From Deinococcales bacterium (lineage in GTDB: Bacteria > Deinococcota > Deinococci > Deinococcales > JAAFIG01), in the NCBI GenBank assembly GCA_031414595.1, contig JANNVX010000118.1, positions 1 to 21,863 of the forward strand: a stretch of DNA of 21,863 bases, read 5' to 3'. Below are positions 7,588 through 16,247 of the stretch, in pieces. The notes beneath the pieces were generated by a model that had not been told where the DNA came from, ran no database searches, and was given only the letters and a program-made list of their open reading frames with translations. Position 1 is the stretch's first letter; each line of letters opens with the position of its first letter. A program made the position numbers and the translations under genes.

Positions 7588-8757
7588 ATGAGTCAATTTG
7601 AAATTCTAGTAGACACTTCATCGGCGATTGTCTTTGATAGTTTTATCACCGATACCCGTTTATCTGAATGGTTCTGCCAAGATGCCCAAATCGAAGCGCG
7701 TCCTGAAGGACGTTTTTATGCCTATTGGAGCAACCCAAAGTTCTATGTGATGGGTGAAATTCTCGAGTTTGAACGCCCGAACCTGCTAAAATTGCAATGG
7801 AATGACCTTGAGGGTACAAACATAGCCCTCGAGATAACCTTCATACCCGAGGTGGATAACACCCGCGTTTGTGTCCGTTCAGAACAAGCCCTTGGTGAAA
7901 AAGCCACAGCCATTTGGACAAAAGGCTTAGAAGCTCTAAAATCCACGCTCGAGCAGGGATACCGCCCAGAAGTTTTTGAGGATGCGTTTCTGGGTTTGCT
8001 TGGCGTAACGACTTTAACCTTGGACAATGCCAATTTGTACACGCCGCATTGTCAAACGGGCTTATTTATTCAAGGGATTCTCAAAAATTCTTCGCTTGAC
8101 ATGTCTGGTTTCAAGCACGGGGATGTCCTGACTCAAGTTGGTCAACAACCCTTAAAAACCATCGGAGACCTAATTGCAGTTCTAAATCCCTTGCAAATAA
8201 ACGATCTTCTCGAGCTTGAATTCTGGCGTGGTGCAGAACAAAAAAAGCAATTGCTGACGATGCAAAAACGCCATTTACCAGCTTACCCAGTTTCGCTTGA
8301 GGATTTAGCCACCTACCGCCAACAAGTCCAGCACCAAGCCCAAGCCGACTTAGAAGCCTTTGCGAAAACAGTTTTAGAACCCGAAGCCCATTTTAAGTTC
8401 CGCCCAGACACATGGAGTGCCGCCGAAATCGTAGCGCATTTAATTAACGCCGAACGTGACACCCTGACCCAAATTGCCTATTTACAAGTCGGAAATTCGG
8501 TACGGTCATTTACCACCAGTCTTCAGGCTCGGATAGAAGCCCTGATGAAACGCTATCAAACCCTGCCTGCTTTGGTACAAGCCCTAAGCCAAGCCCAAGC
8601 CGAGACTTGTGACCTTATTCGACACTTAAGCCCCAATTACTTAGAGCGCAAATCGCATGTCACACGAATTCAATTTGCCTCTGACATCACTGCTGCACAT
8701 ATTCAGCAGCACTTAGGGCAAATCAAACGGGCTGTGGCAAAAGCTCGAGTATCATAA
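7588..8757 (+). CDS. SRPBCC(AHSA1-like)-PDZ-DinB family fusion protein (389 aa)
   Basis: N-terminal LSEWF...GRF...GEILEFERPNLLKLQW...WTKGLEALKSTLE (SRPBCC). Middle AFLG...GLFIQGI...SGFKHGDVLTQV...LELEFWRG (PDZ). C-terminal WSAAEIVAHL...HIQQHLGQI (DinB His triad). Confidence 0.75.
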   Translation: MSQFEILVDTSSAIVFDSFITDTRLSEWFCQDAQIEARPEGRFYAYWSNPKFYVMGEILEFERPNLLKLQWNDLEGTNIALEITFIPEVDNTRVCVRSEQALGEKATAIWTKGLEALKSTLEQGYRPEVFEDAFLGLLGVTTLTLDNANLYTPHCQTGLFIQGILKNSSLDMSGFKHGDVLTQVGQQPLKTIGDLIAVLNPLQINDLLELEFWRGAEQKKQLLTMQKRHLPAYPVSLEDLATYRQQVQHQAQADLEAFAKTVLEPEAHFKFRPDTWSAAEIVAHLINAERDTLTQIAYLQVGNSVRSFTTSLQARIEALMKRYQTLPALVQALSQAQAETCDLIRHLSPNYLERKSHVTRIQFASDITAAHIQQHLGQIKRAVAKARVS

Positions 8758-8845
8758 AATTTCTCGAGACATACTTCACGGGTTATGCTGCGTATCTTGG
8801 TGATGACACTCATCACCCTTGGCTCATCTTGCCCGTTGGAGAAAC

Positions 8846-9787
8846 ATGACCGAAATAGAAGCACCCAAACCTCAAACTGCTATCACGCCCGAAGCTGGGC
8901 GTTTAGATGTGATGCTCTCCCGTGTGGCTGGAATCTCGAGGGCTTTGGCTCGAGTCTGGCTTGAAGCTGGGGTGGCAAAAGTGGCTGGGCTGGTGGTCAA
9001 AAAAGCCAGCACCAACTTAAAAGGCACAGAAATCCTCGAGTGGACTGTGCCAGCGCCGCTACCTTCTGAAATTCTTCCCGAGAACATTCCTTTAACCATT
9101 TTATTTGAAGATGACTTTGTGATTGCCGTGGATAAACCAGCCGGAATGCTGACCCATCCTGCGGCACACGTTCATAGTGGCACACTGGTCAATGCGCTTT
9201 TGGGGCGTGTACCTTTGGCACTCGAGGGTGAGGATTTTGGCATCGAGGGCTACCGTCCGGGAATTGTCCACCGCTTAGACCAAGACACCAGTGGAGTGAT
9301 TATTGTGGCTAAAACCCGCGAAGCCCACAGTAAACTTGGTAAAGCCTTTGCTGACCGCCGTACCCGCAAGCAGTACCGAGCCATTACCGTCGGAATCCCA
9401 CCCGAAATTACCTTGGATGCCAGTATCGGCAGGCACCCAACCATCAAAACCCGCATGAGTGTCGCGGGAACAAACGCCAAGGATGCCAAAACCGAATTTA
9501 AGGTACTCGATACCACACCCAACAACCATGCACTGGTCGAAACCAGAATTTTCACGGGGCGGACGCATCAGATTCGGGTGCATTTACAGCATTTACAGAC
9601 CCCAATTCTAGGCGATGATGTCTACGGCAGACCCTCGAGCCTGATAGACCGCCAAGCGCTTCATGCATATCTGCTCGAGTTGCAACACCCGATTACCCTC
9701 GAGACCTTGCGAATTACCTGCGACCCACCCGAGGATATGGTGCAGGCTTGGTTAGCCTTGGGCGGAGTCTGGAATCCTAAACTGTGA
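8846..9787 (+). CDS. rluD: RluA-family pseudouridine synthase with S4 domain (RluD-like)
   Basis: RLD..LS S4 motif, DKPAGM, GIVHRLDQDTSG, TGRTHQIRVH, RQALHA; GGAG RBS before ATG 8846. Confidence 0.9.
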   Translation: MTEIEAPKPQTAITPEAGRLDVMLSRVAGISRALARVWLEAGVAKVAGLVVKKASTNLKGTEILEWTVPAPLPSEILPENIPLTILFEDDFVIAVDKPAGMLTHPAAHVHSGTLVNALLGRVPLALEGEDFGIEGYRPGIVHRLDQDTSGVIIVAKTREAHSKLGKAFADRRTRKQYRAITVGIPPEITLDASIGRHPTIKTRMSVAGTNAKDAKTEFKVLDTTPNNHALVETRIFTGRTHQIRVHLQHLQTPILGDDVYGRPSSLIDRQALHAYLLELQHPITLETLRITCDPPEDMVQAWLALGGVWNPKL

Positions 9788-9788
9788 C

Positions 9789-10649
<861 letters not shown>

Positions 10650-11477
10650 TTATTTGTTGCCGATTTCAAAACGGGCAAAACGCACGATTTTGGCGCTGCC
10701 AACCAAGGCTTTGATGGTCTTATCGTTGTCTTTAACAAATTTCTGCTCGAGAAGAACGTTTTCTTCATAGAATTTTGCAAGTTGCCCAGTCACAATTTTT
10801 TCAACGATGTTGGCTGGTTTGCCTTCGTTGATGGCTTTATTGGTCAGGATTTCTTTTTCTTTTTCTAGGTCATCGGTGTTGACTTCATCACGGCTTAAGT
10901 AGCGTGGACGTTCCGCCGCAATGTGCAAGGCAACATCTTTGGCTAGGGCTAGGTCGCCGCCCTCGAGTTCGACCAACACACCGATTTTGTCATTTTGGTG
11001 AACGTAAGACACAACCATACCGTTGGCACTCGAGAAACGGGCAGCGCGGTGCAGCACAAGGTTCTCGCCGATTTTGGAGATATTGGCAGCCAGGTGGTCG
11101 CCAAGGTTAATTTCTTGGTTTAAGAATTTTTGGCTGCTGAGCGTTTCAACTTCAATAATTCCGTCCACACCCGCATTCTGGGCGATATGTTCGGCAAATT
11201 CTGCGACCATCTTTTGAAAATCCACATTACGCGCCACAAAGTCGGTTTCGGAATTGATTTCAACTAAGCCAGCCGTTTTGCCGTCGGCAGAGACGAAAGC
11301 CCGTACCAAACCATCGGTGGCTTCACGGTCAGCTTTTTTGGCAGCTTTGACAATGCCGCGCTCACGCAACAGTGCCACGGCTTTGTCTTCGTCACCAGCC
11401 GCGTCGGTCAAGGCTTTTTTAACGTCCATCATTCCAGCGCCAGTCATTTCACGAAGTTTTTTAATTGATTCCATCAT
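10650..11477 (-). CDS. tsf: Elongation factor Ts
   Basis: IKKLRE.TGAGMMDVKKAL, INSETDFVARN, KIGENL, VALHIAA. Confidence 0.99.
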   Translation of the reverse strand: MMESIKKLREMTGAGMMDVKKALTDAAGDEDKAVALLRERGIVKAAKKADREATDGLVRAFVSADGKTAGLVEINSETDFVARNVDFQKMVAEFAEHIAQNAGVDGIIEVETLSSQKFLNQEINLGDHLAANISKIGENLVLHRAARFSSANGMVVSYVHQNDKIGVLVELEGGDLALAKDVALHIAAERPRYLSRDEVNTDDLEKEKEILTNKAINEGKPANIVEKIVTGQLAKFYEENVLLEQKFVKDNDKTIKALVGSAKIVRFARFEIGNK

Positions 11478-11545
11478 GGTGTATCACCCCTTCAATAGGA
11501 AGCCTCGAGCAGTTTACTCGAGGCTAATCTAGCTTTCTCGAGTTC

Positions 11546-12340
11546 TTAATTCACGGTTTCGGCGAGTTCGCTTGCAAGTGCGCTGTTCTTGGTTGGTGCA
11601 ACATAATCGCTTGGCATTTCGGTGTCGTCGTCTTCAGTGGCAACACTAGCCACTGCGCCACCGCCACGGCATTCGATAATCAGGTCGGCAAAACGCTGAG
11701 CAATTAACTGGATGCTGCGAATCGCGTCGTCGTTGCCCGGAATGATGTAATCAATCACATCTGGGTCAGAATCGGTATCGGCAAGCGCAACCACAGGAAT
11801 GTTCAGCTTTTGGGCTTCTTTGACGGCGATTGCTTCTTTGGTTGGATCTATAATAAAAATTGCATCTGGTAAGCGGGTCATGTTGCGAATCCCACCAAGG
11901 TTTTTGAGCAAATCTGATAACTCTTTTTGCAGCAAAACCCGTTCGGCTTTAGGACGCGCCATGATTTCGCCCGTCTCAAATTCGCGTTCCAAGTTCTTCA
12001 TCCGTTCAACCCGCAAGCGAATGGTGCGGAAATTGGTCATCAAGCCACCAAGCCAACGCACATTGATGTACGGCAAGCCACAGCGTTTCGCCTCGAGTTC
12101 GGTGATTTCTTGGGCTTGCTTTTTTGTGCCAACCATCAAAATTACGCCGCCCTTTTCGGCAACGTCTTTGACAAAATCAAAACTACGATCAAGTTGCTTT
12201 AAGGTTTTTTGCAAATCAATGATAAAAATTCCGTTGCGTTCGGCAAAAATAAAACGCTTCATCTTAGGATTCCAGCGTTTGGTTTCATGACCAAAGTGAA
12301 CTCCGGCTTCGAGTAACTGCTTCATTTGAAGGTACGACAT
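11546..12340 (-). CDS. rpsB: 30S ribosomal protein S2
   Basis: LLEAGVHFGH...WNPKM, VGTKKQA, RWLGG..TNF, IPGNDDAIRS. Confidence 0.99.
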   Translation of the reverse strand: MSYLQMKQLLEAGVHFGHETKRWNPKMKRFIFAERNGIFIIDLQKTLKQLDRSFDFVKDVAEKGGVILMVGTKKQAQEITELEAKRCGLPYINVRWLGGLMTNFRTIRLRVERMKNLEREFETGEIMARPKAERVLLQKELSDLLKNLGGIRNMTRLPDAIFIIDPTKEAIAVKEAQKLNIPVVALADTDSDPDVIDYIIPGNDDAIRSIQLIAQRFADLIIECRGGGAVASVATEDDDTEMPSDYVAPTKNSALASELAETVN

Positions 12341-12344
12341 TCTT

Positions 12345-12460
12345 TTCTCCGTGGGTCACGTTTATTTTAGATTAGACCAAGCGCGGTTTAAGTATCTTCG
12401 AGGACATGACCCGAACCTCGAGCAGTACCGTTACTCGTCTGGATGCCAAGAAAGCAAACC
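12345..12460 (-). ncRNA. rpsB leader (candidate S2 autoregulatory RNA) with pseudoknot
   Basis: Nested stems AGAC/GTCT, CGGT/ACCG and TCGAGG/CCTCGA. The loop GGGTCATG (12412-12405) can pair over 8 nt with CGTGACCC (12360-12353), next to the GGAG RBS. Confidence 0.65.
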
Positions 12461-12465
12461 GAGCA

Positions 12466-12494
12466 AGTGTACACAAAAATGAGCCTCGAGACAA
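12466..12494 (-). promoter_or_regulatory. Putative rpsB promoter
   Basis: TTGTCT (12494-12489)-N17-TACACT (12471-12466). Confidence 0.65.
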
Positions 12495-12506
12495 GGGGCG
12501 TACCCC

Positions 12507-12534
12507 TTGACTTTTGGGGAAAACCTTGTACAAT
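12507..12534 (+). promoter_or_regulatory. Putative rpoB promoter
   Basis: TTGACT (12507-12)-N16-TACAAT (12529-34). Confidence 0.7.
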
Positions 12535-12752
12535 CTTGTAGTGCCTACTCTGGCGCTTTACTAATTTTTTTCTCATTCTCCGCAGGTTCTCGCCTGCGGT
12601 CTTGTTGCGTCACCCATGATTGGCACTGACAAACAGGGTTTTGGGCTTTTAGGCGATTCGTTTTTTTTCGCACAGCCAGACCACGTTCAAGTCTGGCAAT
12701 CCGCACCATAGTAAGTAATACCAGTCTTACATGGGCGGTCACAGGGAGTTCG

Positions 12753-15700
12753 ATGCAAGAAATCATCCGTTTTGGCAGTATCAAAGAAATTCTCGAGCTT
12801 CCACGTTTGGTGGAATTGCAAATTGGTTCTTTTGACCATTTTTTGCAAAAAGGTGTGCTGCCTAAAGACCGCGAGGACTTTGGTCTGCAAGGCTCTTTTA
12901 GAGAAATCTTTCCGATAGACGAATCCGAGAAGAACCGCACTGGTGGTTTGGTCTTGGATTTTCTCGAGTACGAACTTGGCGACCCACCGTATAGCCCCGA
13001 AGATTGCCGTGATAAGGACTTGACCTACCAAGCCCCAATGTTCGCCAAGCTCCAATTGATTCACCGCGATACGGGCTTAATCAAAGAAGATAAGGTTTTC
13101 CTTGGCGATTTACCCCTGATGACCGAAGAAGGCAGCTTTATCGTTAATGGTGCAGACCGCGTGATTGTTTCGCAAATCCATCGTTCGCCAGGTGTCTATT
13201 TCACCAAGTCTTACCGTGGTTCAAAGCCGCTTTACGCTGGTTCGATTATCCCCATGCCAAAGCGTGGTCCGTGGATTGAACTCGAGTTTAACACCTCGGA
13301 TGTTTTAGAAATGAAAATCAACAAGCGCAAATTCCCAGTCACGATGTTACTGCGGGTGCTTGGTTACGACGACCAATCCATGCGGAAAATTTTTAAGAAT
13401 TCCGATGCGGTCTTAGAAGCCACTTTCAACGAAGATAAAACGGCTGGTATGAGCGGCGATGAAGCCTTGTTGCGTTTATTCACGATTTTGCGCCCAGGTG
13501 ATCCACCAAAGCGCGATAAAGCCTTGTCGTACTTGTACGGTTTACTGGCAGACCCAAAGCGTTACGATTTGGGCGATGCGGGGCGTTTTAAGGTCAACAG
13601 CAAACTTGGGATTAAGAACCCAGAAAAAACCTTGCTGATTTTTGAAGATGGACAATTCAAAGATGCTGGCTTGATTTCTGCGATTCAGTACCTCTTAACC
13701 CTGCAAAGCGGCGAAGTTGGCTATTCCGAAGACGATATTGACCACCTTGGCAATCGTCGGGTGCGTACCGTTGGCGAACTCTTGGGCGACCAATTTCGCG
13801 TTGGCTTAGGGCGTATGGCAAGGGGCGTGCGTGAACGGATGCTCTTGGGCAACCCAGACGCAGCCACCCCAAGTAAACTGGTCAATAACCGCCCAGTGGT
13901 GGCAGCCATGCGTGAATTCTTCGGACGTTCACAACTCAGTCAGTTCAAAGACCAAATCAATCCGTTATCAGAACTTCGTCATAAACGCCGTATCTCGGCG
14001 CTTGGACCTGGTGGTTTAACCCGTGAACGCGCAGGCTTTGATGTCCGTGACGTTCACCGTACCCATTACGGGCGTATCTGCCCTATCGAAACGCCAGAAG
14101 GCGCAAACATTGGTCTTATCTCGAGCCTTGCTTCTTTTGCTAAGGTCAATCCCTTGGGTTTCATCGAAGCCCCGTACCGCAAAGTCACCAAAGGCAGATT
14201 GTCCGACAACATTGAATACATGACCGCCCATGTCGAAGACCGTTATGTGATTGCCCAAGCCAGCACTGTAGTGATTGACGGAATGCTGACTGGTCAGGTT
14301 GTTGCCCGTAAAAAAGGCGACCCTGTGATTGTTTCGGGTGAAGAATGCGATTACATGGATGTTACCCCAAAGCAAATTGTTTCGATTAGCACCAGTTTAA
14401 TCCCGTTCCTCGAGCATGACGACGCTAACCGTGCCTTGATGGGTTCTAACATGCAGTCCCAAGCCGTGCCACTGGTTCGTGCCGAACCGCCAATGGTTGG
14501 TACTGGCATCGAAGAGCGAATTGTGCTTGATTCCGGTACAAGTTTGGTCTGTGATGTTGACGGCGAAGTGACCGAGATTGATGGTGCAAAAATTATTGTC
14601 AAATACGGCAAGAACCACATCAAAGAATACAAGCTAATTCGTTTCCAACGCTCCAACGCTGGTACAAACCATGACCAACGCCCAATTGTGGCAGTCGGCG
14701 ATAAGGTCAAAGTCGGTCAAGTGATTGCCGATGGTCCTGCTTCGCTCGGTGGACGCTTGGCATTGGGTCAGAACATCACTGTGGCAATCATGCCTTTTGA
14801 TGGCTACAACTACGAAGACGCGATTGTGTTGTCTGAAAACCTGATTCGCAAGGATTTCTACACCAGTATTCACATCGAAAAGCACGAAAAAGAGGCTCGA
14901 GACACCAAGCTCGGACCTGAGAAAATCACCCGCGATATTCCGGGGCTTTCCGAAGCTGCCCTGCGTGACCTCGACGAAGACGGCATTGTGCGGGTCGGCG
15001 CGGAAGTTAAGCAAGGCGATATTCTGGTCGGTCACACCAGTTTCAAGGGCGAAACCGAACCAACCCCAGAAGAGAGGTTGCTACGTTCAATCTTCGGTGA
15101 AAAAGCCCGTGAAGTCAAAGATACTTCGGCTCGAGTCCCATCGGGCGAAGGCGGCATTGTCATCCGCACAATTCGCTTTAAGCGCGGTGAAGAGGGCGTA
15201 GACCTGAAACCTGGTGTGCGTGAAATGGTTCGTATTTACGTGGCACAACGCCGTAAGCTCCAAGTTGGCGATAAGCTGGCAAACCGTCACGGTAATAAAG
15301 GCGTGGTTGCCCGTATCCAAGCTCCAGAAGACATGCCGTACTTACCAGACGGAACACCTGTAGATTTGGTCTTCAATCCGCTCGGTGTGCCAAGCCGTTT
15401 GAATTTGGGGCAAATTCTCGAGACTCACTTGGGCGAAGTTGCCCGTCGTATGGGTGTGAGTTTTGTCACCCCAGTTTTTGACAGCGCCACCGAACACGAA
15501 ATTAAAGACCGTTTGGTCGAAACTTCTAAAGTCATCACGGCTGCCCATGAAGAACTGGGTTACGGCATTGATAAGCGCGAAGCCGAAGTCTTTGTTCGTT
15601 CACAACGCCTTGGGGTGATTACTGCCTCTGAAACACTCGAGGAAGCCCGCGAAAAACTTTGGCGCACTGGTAAAACCCCACTCTTTGACGGGCGCACAGG

Positions 15701-16121
15701 CGAAGCCATCGAAGGACCTGTGGTGGTCGGAACAATGTACATCTTAAAGCTCTACCACATGGTCGAAGACAAGATGCACGCCCGCAGCACTGGACCTTAC
15801 AGCTTAATTACCCAACAACCCTTGGGCGGTAAAGCCCAAAACGGTGGTCAACGTTTTGGCGAAATGGAAGTCTGGGCGCTCGAGGCATACGGCGCAGCCC
15901 ACACCCTGCAAGAAATCCTAACCGTGAAGTCGGATGATATTGGCGGACGCGACGATGCTTACCAAAGTATTGTCAAAGGCGAAGAAGTCCAAGATGCCAG
16001 CATCCCCGAATCCTTTAAGGTACTGGTCAAAGAACTTCACAGCCTAGGCTTAGATGTCCAAGTGCTAGACCAGAACGACAAAACCGTGGATATTTTTGAA
16101 GGGATGATGCCGAGAAGATAG
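12753..16121 (+). CDS. rpoB: DNA-directed RNA polymerase subunit beta
   Basis: NGADRVIVSQ, SQLSQFKDQ.NPLSELRHKRRISALGPGGL, GDKLANRHGNKGV, GGQRFGEMEVWALEAYGA. The compact 1122 aa length fits Deinococcota. Confidence 0.99.
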   Translation: MQEIIRFGSIKEILELPRLVELQIGSFDHFLQKGVLPKDREDFGLQGSFREIFPIDESEKNRTGGLVLDFLEYELGDPPYSPEDCRDKDLTYQAPMFAKLQLIHRDTGLIKEDKVFLGDLPLMTEEGSFIVNGADRVIVSQIHRSPGVYFTKSYRGSKPLYAGSIIPMPKRGPWIELEFNTSDVLEMKINKRKFPVTMLLRVLGYDDQSMRKIFKNSDAVLEATFNEDKTAGMSGDEALLRLFTILRPGDPPKRDKALSYLYGLLADPKRYDLGDAGRFKVNSKLGIKNPEKTLLIFEDGQFKDAGLISAIQYLLTLQSGEVGYSEDDIDHLGNRRVRTVGELLGDQFRVGLGRMARGVRERMLLGNPDAATPSKLVNNRPVVAAMREFFGRSQLSQFKDQINPLSELRHKRRISALGPGGLTRERAGFDVRDVHRTHYGRICPIETPEGANIGLISSLASFAKVNPLGFIEAPYRKVTKGRLSDNIEYMTAHVEDRYVIAQASTVVIDGMLTGQVVARKKGDPVIVSGEECDYMDVTPKQIVSISTSLIPFLEHDDANRALMGSNMQSQAVPLVRAEPPMVGTGIEERIVLDSGTSLVCDVDGEVTEIDGAKIIVKYGKNHIKEYKLIRFQRSNAGTNHDQRPIVAVGDKVKVGQVIADGPASLGGRLALGQNITVAIMPFDGYNYEDAIVLSENLIRKDFYTSIHIEKHEKEARDTKLGPEKITRDIPGLSEAALRDLDEDGIVRVGAEVKQGDILVGHTSFKGETEPTPEERLLRSIFGEKAREVKDTSARVPSGEGGIVIRTIRFKRGEEGVDLKPGVREMVRIYVAQRRKLQVGDKLANRHGNKGVVARIQAPEDMPYLPDGTPVDLVFNPLGVPSRLNLGQILETHLGEVARRMGVSFVTPVFDSATEHEIKDRLVETSKVITAAHEELGYGIDKREAEVFVRSQRLGVITASETLEEAREKLWRTGKTPLFDGRTGEAIEGPVVVGTMYILKLYHMVEDKMHARSTGPYSLITQQPLGGKAQNGGQRFGEMEVWALEAYGAAHTLQEILTVKSDDIGGRDDAYQSIVKGEEVQDASIPESFKVLVKELHSLGLDVQVLDQNDKTVDIFEGMMPRR

Positions 16122-16242
16122 CAGTTAGCTGCTAGTCACTAGCTTCTAGCCCGTCTCGAGTGGGGATTTGGGCTAGAAGTCACGAAGAAGGAAAGTTCTT
16201 ACAACATCAAAAAGCTAGTAGCCAGAAACTAGCCGCTAGGAG
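16119..16242. repeat. Two degenerate 7-bp tandem arrays in inverted relation in the rpoB-rpoC spacer
   Basis: TAG at 16119, 16126, 16133, 16140 and 16147; C(T/C)AG at 16215, 16222, 16229 and 16236; inner hairpin CTTCTAGCCC/GGGCTAGAAG (16143-52 with 16170-79). Confidence 0.7.
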
Positions 16243-16247
16243 CTTAA

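Noticed and set aside
8799-8817. Palindrome GGTGATGA-CAC-TCATCACC upstream of the rluD-like gene
   Set aside because: It is real, but with no U tract or second copy I cannot tell an operator from a leader hairpin.
13915-14130. Rifampicin-resistance substitutions in RpoB
   Set aside because: The key cluster I residues (Q, D, H, R, S, L in SQFKD...HKRRISAL) and the cluster II GLI appear to be wild type.
16119-16242. CRISPR or mini-array interpretation of the repeats
   Set aside because: The units are 7 bp with no spacers; no CRISPR array or cas gene is seen in the window.
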